Shown: positions 49,999-62,825 of the stretch, piece by piece
Layout: each line of letters begins with the position of its first letter
Position numbering within the stretch: position 1 is the first letter of the stretch
Origin: Ginglymostoma cirratum
Taxonomy: Eukaryota
Assembly (NCBI GenBank): GCA_024137785.1
Contig: JAHRHZ010000017.1
Span: 7,600,722 to 7,663,613 of the forward strand
Direction of reading: 5' to 3'
DNA length: 62,892 nucleotides
Program-made: the position numbers and the translations under genes
The notes under the pieces: model-generated
Database searches by the model: none
What the model was told of the DNA's origin: nothing
Seen by the model: only the letters and a program-made list of their open reading frames with translations

Positions 49999-51194
49999 TA
50001 GAGTAGATATATGCTTGTTGACTAGTATTGACACAATGGACTGAATAGCCTTTTCCCATGCTGTAATAATTCTATGACACATTAACCTTTCATCTTATAG
50101 GCATCAGGGAAAATAAGTTGATTGTCTGGATTCATACCTCGCATAAAAGAGCCAGTTCAGGGTGTTGGAGACTAATCAATTCAATCCCAGAACAGCCTTG
50201 GGGTAAAATCCCAGCCTAGCACTTTTAGCTGCTTCATGAATGACTGTGCTTTCATGAAGGTCAGAAGTGGGATATTGCTGATGATTGCAAAATGTTCAGT
50301 AACATTCAAAACTCTTTGGTACAGGCTAATGCACAACAAAATCTGCATAGCTAACATTCAGGTTTGGCTGAGAAATGCCAAATAACATTTATGAGGCAAG
50401 TACCAGGTAATGAGTATTAGCAGCAAGAGAATTTAGCTATCTTCTCTTGAATTTTAAAGGCAATTATGTTTGCTAAATACCCATTGGTCGACATTGGTGG
50501 CAAGGTCAGTATTTGTTGCCTATTCCTAATTGCTCTTAAGGTGGTGGTGGTCTGTCATTTTCATGGATCACTGCATTCCACAGGTAAACCCACAGTGATG
50601 TTAGAAAAGGAATTCTAGGATTTTGATTCAGGCTGCAAAGACAGAGTGACATTGTTAATGTTAGTACTGTATCAAGTGTATTTGGTATACCTTAGGGAAC
50701 TCCACTTTCTACTACAACGAATGCAAGATCCAGGAGATCAGCTATCACAGTTTTAGAATTTAAAAAGCAGCTTTCTGTTTGTCATTTCCAAAAATAAATC
50801 CTTCTGAAATTTATTGACTGGAATAACATGGTGAAATAATATGTATTATCTTGTGTGGGGGACAGTTAGCTCATTTGAACAGATGAAGTGTGGATTACAG
50901 TAAAAAATATGGGTTCAGTCCCTGCACTGACTGTGGGAGTTCATTGAGGCCCTATCTCCTAATATGTACCAGATATGTGGAGTAAATCCCCTCTAGGTAT
51001 ACATAAATATTTGTCTCCATTGAATGAAAGAGGGAGATTGCTTACTAATATGAAACAAACTGAGATGTACATAGTGAAACAAAACAAAAAACTGTGGATG
51101 CTGAAGTTCTGAAACTAACAAAAATCTGACGCATAATTAATCTGCATTTGAAGGGGCAGGCATTAAACAAGAAAGGCCAGCATAGTTGCCTTAC

Positions 51195-51450
51195 GTGGAG
51201 GTGGCTCAGTGGTTAGCACTGCTGCCTCACAGCACCAGGGACCTGGGTTTAATTCCACTGCCAGGCAGCTGTGTGTGCAGAATTTGCACATTCTCCCTGT
51301 GTCTGTGTGGATTTCCTCCCACATTCCAAAGATGTGCATGCTAAATTGCCCATAGTATTCAAGGATGTGGAGACGAGGTGAATTATTGGGGGATGGGTTA
51401 CTGTGGATTTGTTGGGACAAAGAACCTGGTTCCACACTGTAAAGATTCTA
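51195..51450 (+). mobile_element. HE1-like V-SINE
   Basis: Head gtggctcagtggttagcactgctgcctcacagcaccagggacctgggtttaattcc, V-domain tttgcacattctccctgtgtctgtgtggatttcctc..ccaaagatgtgc and CR1-type tail cacactgtaaagattcta. Confidence 0.85.
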
Positions 51451-52696
51451 AGTAGGTCATGTCTAACCAACTTGATTGAATTTTCTGAAGAAGTGACCAG
51501 GTCTATAGATGAGGTCAATACTTTAGGTGTAGTCTATTTGGATGTCAGCAAGGCTGTTGTTAAGGTCCATGTGAGAGACTGATAGCAGACATAAGAGCCC
51601 ATGGGATCCAATGAAATTTGGCAAATTGGATACACAATTAACTAAGTGATAGAAAGCAGAGAGTGATGGTTGAGGAATGTTTTTCCGACAGGATGTCTGT
51701 GTCCAGTGGAGTCCCATACGGGTCAGTTTTGGGACCTTTGCTGATTATGTTTTATATAAATAATTTAGACCTGAATATATGAGAGTTGATCAGTAAGTTC
51801 GCAGACAATGCAAAAATTGATATGGTGGTAAATAGTGAGGGTAGCCTAATGTTATAAACTGATATAGGTGGGTTGTTCAGATGAGCTGATCAGTGTTATA
51901 TTGAACTCAACCAGTTTAAATGTGAGGTGATGCACTTGGGCAGCACAAGATGAGGGAATACATGATGAATAGTAGGACCCTGTGAAGCACTGAGGATCAG
52001 AGGGACTTCGATGTGTATGTACACCCCAGTCACTTGAGATATCAGGGCAGGTAGTTAAAATGGTTAAGAAGGCAATAAAGGCATTGCCTTTATTCATTGA
52101 AGAATAGAGTTTAAGAGCAGGAAGGTTATGCTGGAACATTGGTTAGGCCACAGCTAGAGTATTATGTGCAGTTCTGGAATCCACATTATAGAAGGGATGT
52201 GTACCACTGGAAAGGGTGCAGAAGAGATTTACCAGGATGTTCCCTGAGCTGGAGAGTTTGAGTTATGAAGAGAGATTGGACAGGCTGTGGTTGTTTTCCT
52301 TGGAGCAGATGAGATTGAGAGGAGACGTGACTGAGATGTATAAAATTATGAAGGGCATAGATAGGGTTGACAGGAAAAAACATTTCCTCTTGATGAAGGG
52401 ATCAATGGCCAGTTAGCACAGATGTAAAGAAAGGGGCAGAGGGTTTAGAGGAGATGTGAGGAAAACATCTTTTTACACAAAGGGTAGTGGGAAAATTCAC
52501 TGCTTGTGAAGGTGGCAGAGGTAGAACGCTTCATAACATTTAAGAAGTACTGAGATGTACACTTGCGATACCAAGGCACACAAGGCTATGGACCAACTTC
52601 TGGAGAATGGGATTAGAATAGTTAGGTGGCTGTTTTTGACTGGTGCTGACAAAATAGGCTGAAGGACCTTCCTCTGCATTGTAAATGTCTATGATT
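51451..52696 (+). mobile_element. CR1 (HER1-like) LINE RT and 3' UTR, decayed
   Basis: RSCLTNLIEFSEEVT..VYLDVSKA..SGVPYGSVLGPLL..YINNLD..SKFADNAKI..VQKRFTRMFPELESLSYEERLDRL, ending tgtaaatgtctatgatt. Confidence 0.9.
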
Positions 52697-52911
52697 GCAA
52701 AAATGGAAATTGCTGGAGAAACTCATCAGGTTTGGGAATATCTGTGAAGAGAAAAGAGAGTTAACACCTCTAGTCCAGGAATACTTCTTCAGAACCAAAA
52801 TGAAAGTACTATTGCCTGAAGAAGTATCACTGGATTTAAAACATTGATTGTGTTTTCTCCCCACAGATGCTGCCAGACAAGCTGAATTTCTTCAGCAATT
52901 TTTGTTTTTGC
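52697..52911. mobile_element. Fold-back Penelope-pLTR-like element with two opposed decayed hammerhead cores
   Basis: Inverted arms aaattgctggagaaactca.. / ..gctgaatttcttcagcaattt. CTGAAGAA occurs on the minus strand (52785-52792) and the plus strand (52816-52823). Confidence 0.75.
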
Positions 52912-54770
52912 TTGTTACAAATGAATGTAAATTGCTTTATTTTGAAGATTAATTCTATCTATATATAGAATTAGTTTAACTGTAACTACAATACATTCTG
53001 GACAATGTGCCTTGAATGCTGAAGAGCAGAGGGCAAGTTGTCAAGTGACAACATTCAAATACTTAGATCTCATAAAAGGAACATAATTTCAACAGCTCCC
53101 ACCCCCATCCCAAAAAGACCACTTTTCAAAGTAAAAATAAATATTGTGGAAGAGCAAATCTGCACAGTAATTGGGATTGTGAAATTTATAAATACAGAAA
53201 TCTAACAGTTTATATTCAATTTCAGCTTTTTATATAAAAATAAACTCTTCCAGATGTTATAGTGTAAACTTCTGGAAATGTGAATTTTTCCCTTGTCTGT
53301 TCTAGACCTGCAGCCATGTCAGTGTTGGTGATTATTGTCTTGCTATGCTAGCACACTGTCATTTTTGTGTGTGCTTTTGTGTTTATTGTGCACAATTGGT
53401 GTATTATATGTTTCCCTTAGCTAGTTTCTGATCCTTTTCATCATTGCTCTTTCAGATTATGACTTCAGAAGACTTGGTCTCATGGCAGAGTTTCAAAGCC
53501 TCTGTGAGTAACCATGTTCCCATTGTGGGCGGTGTAATTCTGGTCTTTTGTGCTACTAATGAACATAGCTCCACACCTGTATGTTGGTCATGCATCATCT
53601 TCATCCTCAGTTGGTGGGCCAGAAATGTGCACTATATCTCAAAGAATTTGGGTATGTGGTGGTATGGCAACATCATTCTCACTTGCCTCTGCGGGTAACA
53701 ATAAACTAACTTCCAGAGGCATAGCTCTGAGGTGTACATGGTGACAAATCTTGTTTTGTCAATCTACACTTTAAGATAAATCATTTAATTGCGCGAACTA
53801 TTCACTTGGCAAGACTTTTTGGTCTAGTGTAATGTGGTGAGGATGTTGCACGGTTTGCAAATTATTTGACACATAAGTCCTTGAAACCTCTGCCCACATC
53901 TTGCAGCTCATTGTCTGATATTTCTTCAGGTGCACCCAAGAAACTGAATATGGTATTACTTGCCATGGAGTCACTTGCAGACTTTTTTAAAAAGTCCTGT
54001 CTGCTATTTGGAAATGGAGAAATAACTTGCGATTAAATTGAAGTATTATCCACTCATGGCGATTGAGACCAAAGGAATGAAGGAATGTGTGAGGGCGCAA
54101 AAGGTTTCTGTATTGTTGTGGCTGGTGGGTCTGGCATGCCTTGCCCATCCTTATTAACTTTCCAATGTCATTGTTGATGCTTAGTCAATAGACCATTTCA
54201 CATACCAGTCATCTCATCTGCTGTCTACCCATTTATCCTTGATATAGTTGTGACAATATATTCTGGCAGAGATAAATACTTATTTCCCTTTGAAGATTAT
54301 GCCTCTCAAGACACAGAATTCATCTCTGCAAGGCTAAAAGCATCTGAATGTCTGGAACCTGTCATTTTCGAAGGGTGAATTGACACAATACTTTCTTTGT
54401 GCGTCATTAGTTGTTTGATTGGAGCTACTCATTTTATGCTGAACAAAAGACAACAAAGCCATCTTGAGTATATCTCCAACCTCAGTGTCCATGCTGTCAT
54501 CTCGTAGATTTAGGGGAACATCGGCACTCTTGATCAGGTTTGGTAATCAACTCAGAGTATCTAGAGTGATCAATTTGATATGAGGTTTGTAGCAGAAGCC
54601 AAACTCCTATCCCTGTGCTTTTACCAGTACCATTGTGGTCCAGATGGTGCACTGATCAATGATTTACACCAAAAGCTGTATCCAAAAGTTTGCAATCAGT
54701 TTGCAAACAGTGCATTGTTTACTGGATGGATACGTATACAATCTTGAAACACTTAATACTAGAACAAATG

Positions 54771-54925
54771 GAGATAGTAGGAACTGCCGATGCTGGAGCC
54801 TGAGATAACAAGGTGGGGAAAATTTTCTGAAGAAGGGTCCAGACCCGAAACGTCAGCTTTCCTGCTCCTCTGATGCTGCCTGGCCTGCTGTGTTCATCCA
54901 GCTCTACACCTTGTTATCTTATATG
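54771..54925 (+). mobile_element. Subfamily B element with partial inverted 5' arm and TSD
   Basis: agataacaaggtg (about 54803-54815) is the inverse of caccttgttatct (54907-54919). Flanked by agaacaaatg at 54761-54770 and 54926-54935. Confidence 0.85.
54823..54858 (+). ncRNA. Minimal type I hammerhead ribozyme motif
   Basis: tttt-CTGAAGA-A-GGGTC-ca-GACCC-GAAAC-GTC-agct: intact core and stem II. Confidence 0.72.
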
Positions 54926-56704
54926 AGAACAAATGTTTTGTATTTTGGTGGAATAATTGGGTTGCATTTGCAATAGACTTTTGGATCTAAATGCAATTGG
55001 TTTACTATCTTGCATGATACTCACTTCTAGTCCTTTTTGTATAGCCTAGGCTTCCAAGATTGTACTCTATATTGTGTTGTGGAATTGCAGGGTAGCGTTT
55101 TCTGATGACACCACTTCATTTGAGAGAAAGAAACAGATGGATGATCATCCCACCTTACATATGGCGCTCTTTCTTTAGGAGTGCTCTCAATACGGTTCTT
55201 TGTTGGAAAAGTTTAGAATGCTTGGGAACGCCACTAGCTGTCAATTCCCCTCCAAGCTATACACCATTCTGAGTTTGAATACGTCAATGCTCCTTCATTG
55301 TCACGAGGTAAATATCTTTGAACTCTATCCGTAATAGCACGGTTAGCGTACTTAACTCCAAGGACTTCATCAGTTTAAAGAGGCAGCTCATCACCTCTTC
55401 AGGGATATTTGGGGCTGGGTAATAAATGCTACACTCATATCTGATGAACAAATAAAATATACCTATTCCTCTCGAGATATCAGTTACCTTGAAAGCATGT
55501 ATCCAATTAATGGTAACAAATGTATTGTTTATATTACCCTTCATGATTTTATTGACTCCAGTTTGAGGGTGCATTTTAAAGAAAAACTCCATCTTGGAGC
55601 CATGTTACAGGCTTATACTCTCTTGATGTCCATCTGAGGAGTTTTTCATTAATCTATGAATGATCAGGCAGTTGATCAGCGCTAGCATATGCTGATAGGG
55701 CAGAGTGAAACAAAGCAGAGTTAAATCAGCATATTTTGAGCATACATATCAAGCAATTCCACATCTGTACATCGTGAGGAACAAATTATGAATATATTTT
55801 TGGTGTCTGTAGAATCAATTTTGTCGGAACAGGAAGGGAATTAGTTGTTGGAAATGTATCGGCTGTAACAATAACTGGTATAAAAATTGGAAAATTGCAT
55901 GGAAGCTTAAATGACAGCATTATGCATTCATTTTAATGCAACTAACTGCAACAGGTGGTATGTCTGCAAGTAGTGTAAAACCTACATGGAAAATTAGAAA
56001 AACTATATGAGGTTTAAATGAGCAGAAATGAAACCTGTGTAACTAATTGAAAAATCTACCTATAATTTAAACCTCAGGAACATTAAACCAGTTCTTTGCA
56101 CTGTAATGGGTTTCAGGCACAGGAGGTATCATGCGAGCTCTCAGTAGTTTATTAATGTACTCCGAGCAGGATAAAATACTATTTCTTCATTTTCAAATAC
56201 TTTTATATTAAAGAACTAGGGATTGATTTTAGCAGGAAAAGGAAATTGTAGAATGCAAATAACTTGTATCTCCCTTCCAGAAACCCTCAAGATCTTTGAA
56301 GCATAGGCCCTATATTACTTCATTTTAACTTCACAAATTCTGTAAAACTTCAATGAGGGAGACTGATGCAAAAGGTTTCACTTTTAATTCTGAATCTTTG
56401 TAGGCCCACTAGTACTTAGCCCTTTTATATTGTGGCACATTGAACTTTGATGTCCGAGATATTGTACAAATGCTGCTATAACTGTTTCCACATTTATTCA
56501 CAGGATGTGGACATTATTATTAAGGCCAGCATTAAATAATTTTAGAAGGTGGAATGGAATAAAACTGAATGAATTGAGGGTTCTTGTGGTGCAGTGACCC
56601 TCCATGTGAGCCAGGATGCTCATCCAAGTCCAATGTAATAACATTGCTGAACAGGCTGATTAGAAAATATTTACAACTGAATGATTTGATAAATTATTTC
56701 AAAG

Positions 56705-56915
56705 GATGCTTTGCTGTGGCTCTGGAGCTCAAATGACAGACTAGGTAAGGATGGTAGATTTTATTTTCTGATCGCCATTAGTCAAATAAATAGGTATCTT
56801 ACAACAATATGGTTATTTTGTTGTCAGAATTACTGATAGCAGCTTTTTATTCAAGAATTGATTTAATTAATTGATTTCAATTTCCCCAGCTACTGTGCAG
56901 GAGTTTGAAACCATA
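56705..56915 (-). mobile_element. SacSINE1/DeuSINE-like SINE fragment
   Basis: Reverse-complement similarity to 29520-29700 (ctaggtaaggatggtagatttt..cattagt). Confidence 0.55.
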
Positions 56916-56935
56916 CCTAAATACCATTAATCCAA

Positions 56936-57132
56936 TTGGGTCAGTTAGCTGGACAGCTCGTTTACATTGCAGGGTGATGCCAACAGCATGAGCTCAATTC
57001 CTGCACTTGTTGAGATTACTATGAAGGATTGTCTTTACCTCGTCCCTTGCCTGAGACATGGTGACCATGAGGCTACATCACCACTATGAGAGACCAGCCC
57101 TACTGCCCTCTGGGACTGTAGTAACTTTACCT
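56936..57132 (+). mobile_element. tRNA-derived SINE
   Basis: tcagttagctggacagc..gtgatgccaacagcatgagctcaattcctgcac head and actttacct tail; related to 22340-22460 and 50860-50970. Confidence 0.55.
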
Positions 57133-57612
57133 AATTGAATTAAACAATCATTATACTCTCATACCTTACTAAAAGTAGAATCTGGTATTTGTTGGACCAA
57201 TTGTTTTGGTGTAAAATATAGTCAGACTGTGTAAATTAAGCAGCAGAATTGCTGGTACCTAATCTGTACAGAGACTGGTCCCACTGCAATCTGGGAAGAG
57301 GGGACCTGCTAAGCAGCTAGATGTCAGCTTTCTTTTGTTATTATGTATTTGAATAAGCAGTAGGCCTAATACCTGTTAAAGAAAAATTAGGCACCTCACT
57401 AGTTCGGTAGACTTTGAGCATCCACTCAAAATTTTATTTAAGCCTATTATCATCACAAATCCTTCTTATGGAGTAAGAAATGGCAGGAGTATTTTCCACA
57501 CTCCGTGGGAAGTGTGTTCACTACCCCACCACTTTCAAGACTCGAGTAAGAACCACTGCCAAAATTGAGATCTCCTGTCAGGCCTTGTTGTAGAACACAA
57601 CTTTATCACTCC

Positions 57613-57797
57613 TGTTGATACCAAAAATAGCAGGTGCTGGAGTCAGAGTCAATACAGTATAGATCTGGAGGAACACAGCAGGTCAGGCAGCATCAGAAGA
57701 GCAGGAAAGTCGACTTCCTGATGAAGGGTGTAAACTTTCCTGCTCTTCTGATGTTGCCTGACCTGCTGTGCTCCTCCAGTTCCACACTGTATTGACT
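57613..57797. mobile_element. Fold-back Penelope-pLTR-like element (subfamily C) with 13-bp TSD
   Basis: Arms 57647-57710 and 57734-57797 are near-perfect inverted repeats. The loop retains CTGATGAAGGGT (57718-57729). TSD actttatcactcc at 57600-57612 and 57795-57807. Confidence 0.88.
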
Positions 57798-58910
57798 TTA
57801 TCACTCCCACCCCCTTCTGAGGATTTAGCTAAACTTTGAAAATCAATTTCTACTGATTTTTGAGCTGTTTCCTTTGAGTGTACATTGGCTTTTATGGGCA
57901 GCAGGAGCTCTGTCGTCCAATAAGAATGTTGGAAGAAACCTACGTTAGGGAGCCCTGATATGGTTTAAATTAATCACCACCAGTCAGGCCTCTCATCCCT
58001 TTAGGGAGTTAAATCTTGAGATCAAGAGTTGCTGGTCAATCAGAGATATGAAGCTGTACAACCTAGGATGTGCCTACAGGAATTGTGATCATTGCTAGTA
58101 CTACAGCTAGACCGCAGCAGCAATGGAGAGCATGCCTCAGAATTAAGCTAAGTATATTAGGCTCACCAGGACCATTCAGGCAAGCTCTAGTGAGGGAAGG
58201 AATGATAATCTTTGCTGCCAAGGGCCTGGTACATTCATCCTACTCCCAAACACACACACCAAGTCCGCGAGGCACTTGTTTGGATATACTTAATGGTGTT
58301 CCAAATGGTGAAATGTCCATCTCCGGTAGGAGACCTCCAGAGGTGGAAGCAAGAAGCCTTCAAGAGGTGATTTATGGGCCTCAATCATCCTCAGCCTATG
58401 GCATGCCACCTTTTTCATTGATGGCAAATGCCGTCAGCAGCTGAAATCTGACACACACTGAATGCTATACCATTCCATCCATTTTCTTTTAAATTATTCC
58501 TAAGAATCTGCAAAATCCCAATCAGTGTCTTTGCAATACTGATAAAAATCCAGTCCAAGATGGAATTTTTTAAGTTGTAGAAAAATATTTGACTTTAACT
58601 TACTTTAAACATTCCGTCTCTCTTTATTTATAACAAAAAGACATAGCAACATCACTCTTCATACCCAAGTCTTTTAACTTTGATAAAGTAGAAATACTCA
58701 CCTGATCTTATTTATTAAGACTGCCACTCATCTCACTGTGGCTCCTGATCAAAATTGACAAACATATGATTTCTCCATAATGTCACTCTTGACTATTTCC
58801 AAAACTCAACCCTCTCATACAACTTTCAATTCCTGGTCACATTGAGGCTTAAAATATGGCTGTTGGGGTGGGGAGAGGGGTTGAAACCCAAAGCATTATC
58901 AATTTATGAC

Positions 58911-59146
58911 TGAAATGACTCCACAGAGTCTGGTATCTCATCACCAATTCACCCTTTATATACACATGAAAAGTCATTGACACTGATCCAGCTTCCTCAG
59001 AGCCAGCTCTCAGGGTGAACAGAATCTCTGACATTCCTGTTTAAATCTGTCAGCCAGGGCTCCCTGATTGGACTGTGTTAACAACCCCAATCAGGGAACT
59101 CAGATTCTATGATGTCCACCTGGCCGACCTTGTTACAGTCACTACA
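58911..59146 (-). mobile_element. Short solo LTR (236 bp)
   Basis: TG...CA termini (minus strand tgtagtgactgtaac...gtcatttca), imperfect 5-bp TSD atgac/gtgac, internal ccctgattgg..ccaatcaggg inverted CCAAT pair, and TATA-like and polyA-like motifs. Confidence 0.65.
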
Positions 59147-59989
59147 GTGACAGTGTGCTGAAACTGACTTATTATACCATTGGATCTCAACTCACTCTTC
59201 AAGCAGTTAGTTACAGAAAACAATTCACTAAGTTGCTTAATTGTATGATCTCATCTGCTCTGTAGGAGAGGACTTGATCTGCTTGCTTTTAGCCCTGCTC
59301 CAGTCTCCAAGCAACTTTGCATGTAACTTTAAGTAAAATACTAAATTCCAGGCAATCAGTCCTAAATTTTATATAAGATTAGCCCTTAGCATTTAAAACT
59401 CTTACCTCCAGTTTAAGTCTTACCAGCCATAATGGGTAGCCAGACAGAGTGGGTTGAATGGTCTCTTTCTGTTCTGTACTTTTCTATGGTTTGATAGTGA
59501 TCTCAGTCTGATGATCAAAGTATGTAAGTTTAGTAGATTTTCAGAAGTATTGTCAATTGCTCTAAACATGACTGTATCTGACATTTGACCAGTTTTCTAA
59601 GCAATTGGGTTCGAGTCTGACTTACTCCAAAGGTGTATAATATAATCTCTGAACATATTGATTTAAAAAAAAATCCAAGCAGCTATAAGGGCAAGGCTGA
59701 CTGGCAGGAATTGAATGGTGATCAGAAATTATCACAATTTAGAAAAGGTATTAGGATAATAGTAATCGGGTTATCCAGAATAATAGCTTCAAGTATTCCT
59801 TTTAAATTACTAATAACAGGAAGCTCCTTGGATCCATTTGCATTCACACCATCCAAGACCCCGGTTCCTTTCTTTCTGCTTGTAGAATTGAGCAAACATT
59901 TGATTCAGGAGTGTGCAGGTGTTTGTCATTGGCATCATCCATGTATGAAAGACAATTAACACACAGCAAACTTTCTATTTCGGCTGAAG

Positions 59990-62815
59990 TTTCTTCATAT
60001 GACAGACCTTTGCTGATGGGTGAACAGGCTAATTAGACATGTTCAGCTACAAGTGCCACAGATGAAGCTTGCCGTTGTCTTTTTGGGATTTTTTTCAGTG
60101 TTTTTGTTTGTTCCCAAGTCACTGTCGTGAATACTACTGTACATCAACTCACAAGAGGTGTCACCATTTCCCCTGATATATCTTCTGACTCCCAGATATA
60201 AGAATCAATGTTTGGCGCCTTCATGCGTGCAAACATCCTCGAAGTAGAGACTTCAGCAACCTACTGGTCATCTGGCTCTAGCTATTTCACTTTATAGCAA
60301 GTCCTTGGATATGTGACCTTCCTCTATTCTGCAGAATGTGCCCAAGCCAATGGAACTGAATAAAAAGAAGATTGATGGAAAATCTCAGCAGGTCTGGCAG
60401 CATCTATGGAGAGAATCAGAGTTAACCTATCGGATCAAGCGACCCTTCCTTTGTTTGAGTTCTCAAAAATTTGAGAGCTATGTCATTAAGAGGACAACTG
60501 CGTTTAGGATTTTGCCCTGTCATAATGCCGCACAGACAGCAAAGATGAAAATTGCTGATTTTTTTTTTCCTTATGGTAGTGGATTGACCATGAAGTCATA
60601 CAACAAGATTTTGTGAACATGGGGCTGAAAGACTATCAATTTGGCTCTAATGATGCTTGAAGTTGTTCTGTGTGCATTTCTGAGTTACCAAAGGTAGAGC
60701 TGCTATCCCCCAGCATATGTCTAGAACTGCTTCAAGCACAGGTTTTCTATCACTATTTGCCCAAGGTAGCAGAACCTCCTAACCACTTCCAATGAGGTAT
60801 TATTTAATGTGATCTGTGGTGGAGATGAAACACCTTATCCATGACCACTGTTCTTTTGATGTTTCTTGCCAAAAAGAAAAGTTTACAGGCATCGGTGAAA
60901 CAGTCCATACATCCTTGTAGCTGAGTTTTGCTGTGGACGATAGCATCATCAGCATAGAGTATTCAGCATTGATCTGAATGTGGTATGTTTTTTACTTCAT
61001 TTTCAGCCTCGATAGGGTTGTTTAGTTTTCTCTAACCATGTATATAGGCAGAATCCTTTCATTTTTGCAGGAAATGTAAAGGTCACAACCATGGTGAAGA
61101 AAATGCCAAATAGATTAATGTAAAACCCATACTGTTTCACCACGTTTTGACTCAGAAACTTAAAAGTGGAACAGTTAAACTGTGAAGTGCATGTTGTTAT
61201 CATGGAAAGAGATGATGAGGCTGAAGTGTTTTGACGGACAGTGAATATTTCCCCAAAGCTTGAGGAGTTCTGCTCCGTTGATTGTTTGAATGCCTAGTGA
61301 GATCTATGAAAATAAGTTAAAGAGATACATTCTATTTGGTAAATTCTCTTATAGATGGCATGCGAATATTATTTCAACATTATACCTGCCAGCATGGAAA
61401 CCCAGCTTTGTATTCAGGTAGATTTAGCTTGCAAGTGAATGGAGATTCTTAACTACGATTCTAGCAAGTCCTTCCCTGTGACATTAAGGAGTGAGATGCC
61501 CCTAGGGTTGTTACAGTGCCTTCTGTCATCCGTGTTTTGTATTAGTGTGATGATTTTTGTATTGTGCATCACCTCTGGAATGGAGCAAACTTTCCAGAAG
61601 AAGAGAAGGTCTTAAAGCAGTGGCAATAGATGGGGCTTTCCATATATTGACAATTCAGTGGTGATTTCATTCTTAATGTGTGTCCTTCGATTTGGTAAGC
61701 AGTCTATGGCATTCTCAAGCACAGTTGATGAAATTTCTTGATCTGTTTTTCCATGACAGGAAGCTGCAAGACAGTATCAGATGGTTACTGGGAGATGTCC
61801 ATCTTACCGGAGTACATCTCATTGGGCATTGGTTTACTTCTTTTGGTGAGTATTCCACTATCAGCCAAATTTATGGGCACAGCTTTGGAAATGATAAGAC
61901 CAAGCCATCTTTTGATCCCGTCATACATAGCTCATAGATTTATATGATGAGAGGCAGCTTAGATTTCTTGAAATAATGTGAATTACAGCGCCTCCCTTTC
62001 TTTTCTAAAGCTGTATTAGATACATTCATGTCATGCACCATTTTAATTGTTGGGTTTATATTTGCATCAAACCAATGTTTGGGGATCCACTGTTACCAGA
62101 TGATGTTTCTGCTGCTTCACACATGAATGCACTTGGTGACATCCAAGCTTCATTGAAACCAGCAATGAAGGTTTCCTCATAAACCTTTAGTGGGTAGCAA
62201 TACTTCCAGTGATGCAGAGTGCTGGTATGTGGCATTATTCCATGTGCAAGAGGTATTAATGCCTTGTGCAAATGTTTGGAAATTTAGATGTTTTAGGGGC
62301 ACTTCTTCATTCCACTGCTAAAAAGAGGATGGTTAGTGCCGCAATCTGTGCTATGACAGATGTTGATAAAGAGAAAATTGACCCAACTGCACCTTCTTGT
62401 GATGTCTAGGCCCAGTTTGTGCATATACCTAGATGATGCCATGATAGCTTGTGGCTATCTGCCTTAATAGAAGGCAATGTTGTTGGAGAGTCAGTTCAGG
62501 GTAGAAAACTCAAGGAGGAATCCTCCGCCATTATTGAGCTTGTCTAACCCATGATGACCGAGTATGATTAGCCATGAGTCGCTGTCAAGCCCACCGTATG
62601 CTCTGAAATAATCTAGAGCGAATAACCTGTTATCATTTGCAGTGTTTCTTAGAATATCACCTGTGTAGCAATAGAGATCTATTTGTTTGAAATGCTGGCA
62701 GACAGAATTGATGAATAGAGCCATAATTCTTTGCCAGAGGCAAATGAAAGAACCACTTGATAAAATCAAAATCAGCCCAATGTCTCATTTCACTTTAACC
62801 TTTAAGTCATTGCTA
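59990..62815 (-). mobile_element. Decayed RTE-clade LINE
   Basis: ORF 62769-62491 (LFALDYFRAYGGLDSDSW..LGHHGLDKLNNGGGFLLEF) resembles RTE endonuclease GDFNARVG..W..LG..G.G..N.NG..LLEF. 60220-60325 reads EGHISKDLL*SEIA..R*PVG...FEDVC, like RTE C-terminal DGRIPKDLLYGEL..R..GRP..FKDVC. Confidence 0.7.
60352..60450 (-). mobile_element. Subfamily A Penelope-pLTR-like element inserted in the RTE
   Basis: tggaaaatctcagcaggtctggcagcatctatggagagaatcagagttaacctatcggatcaagcgacccttcc. Confidence 0.75.
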
Positions 62816-62825
62816 TCAAGATAAT

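Larger units (their letters stand above)
53400..55200 (-). mobile_element. Possible highly decayed RTE-type LINE
   Basis: Only faint remnants (GNKYLSL for GNYRGISL; QKPFAP for QGCVLAP; GxEFGF for GVGF). Confidence 0.35.

Noticed and set aside
49349-50059. Long ORFs of 141-204 aa
   Set aside because: Artefacts of translating through the 400-N gap; the real residues are CR1 or repeat sequence.
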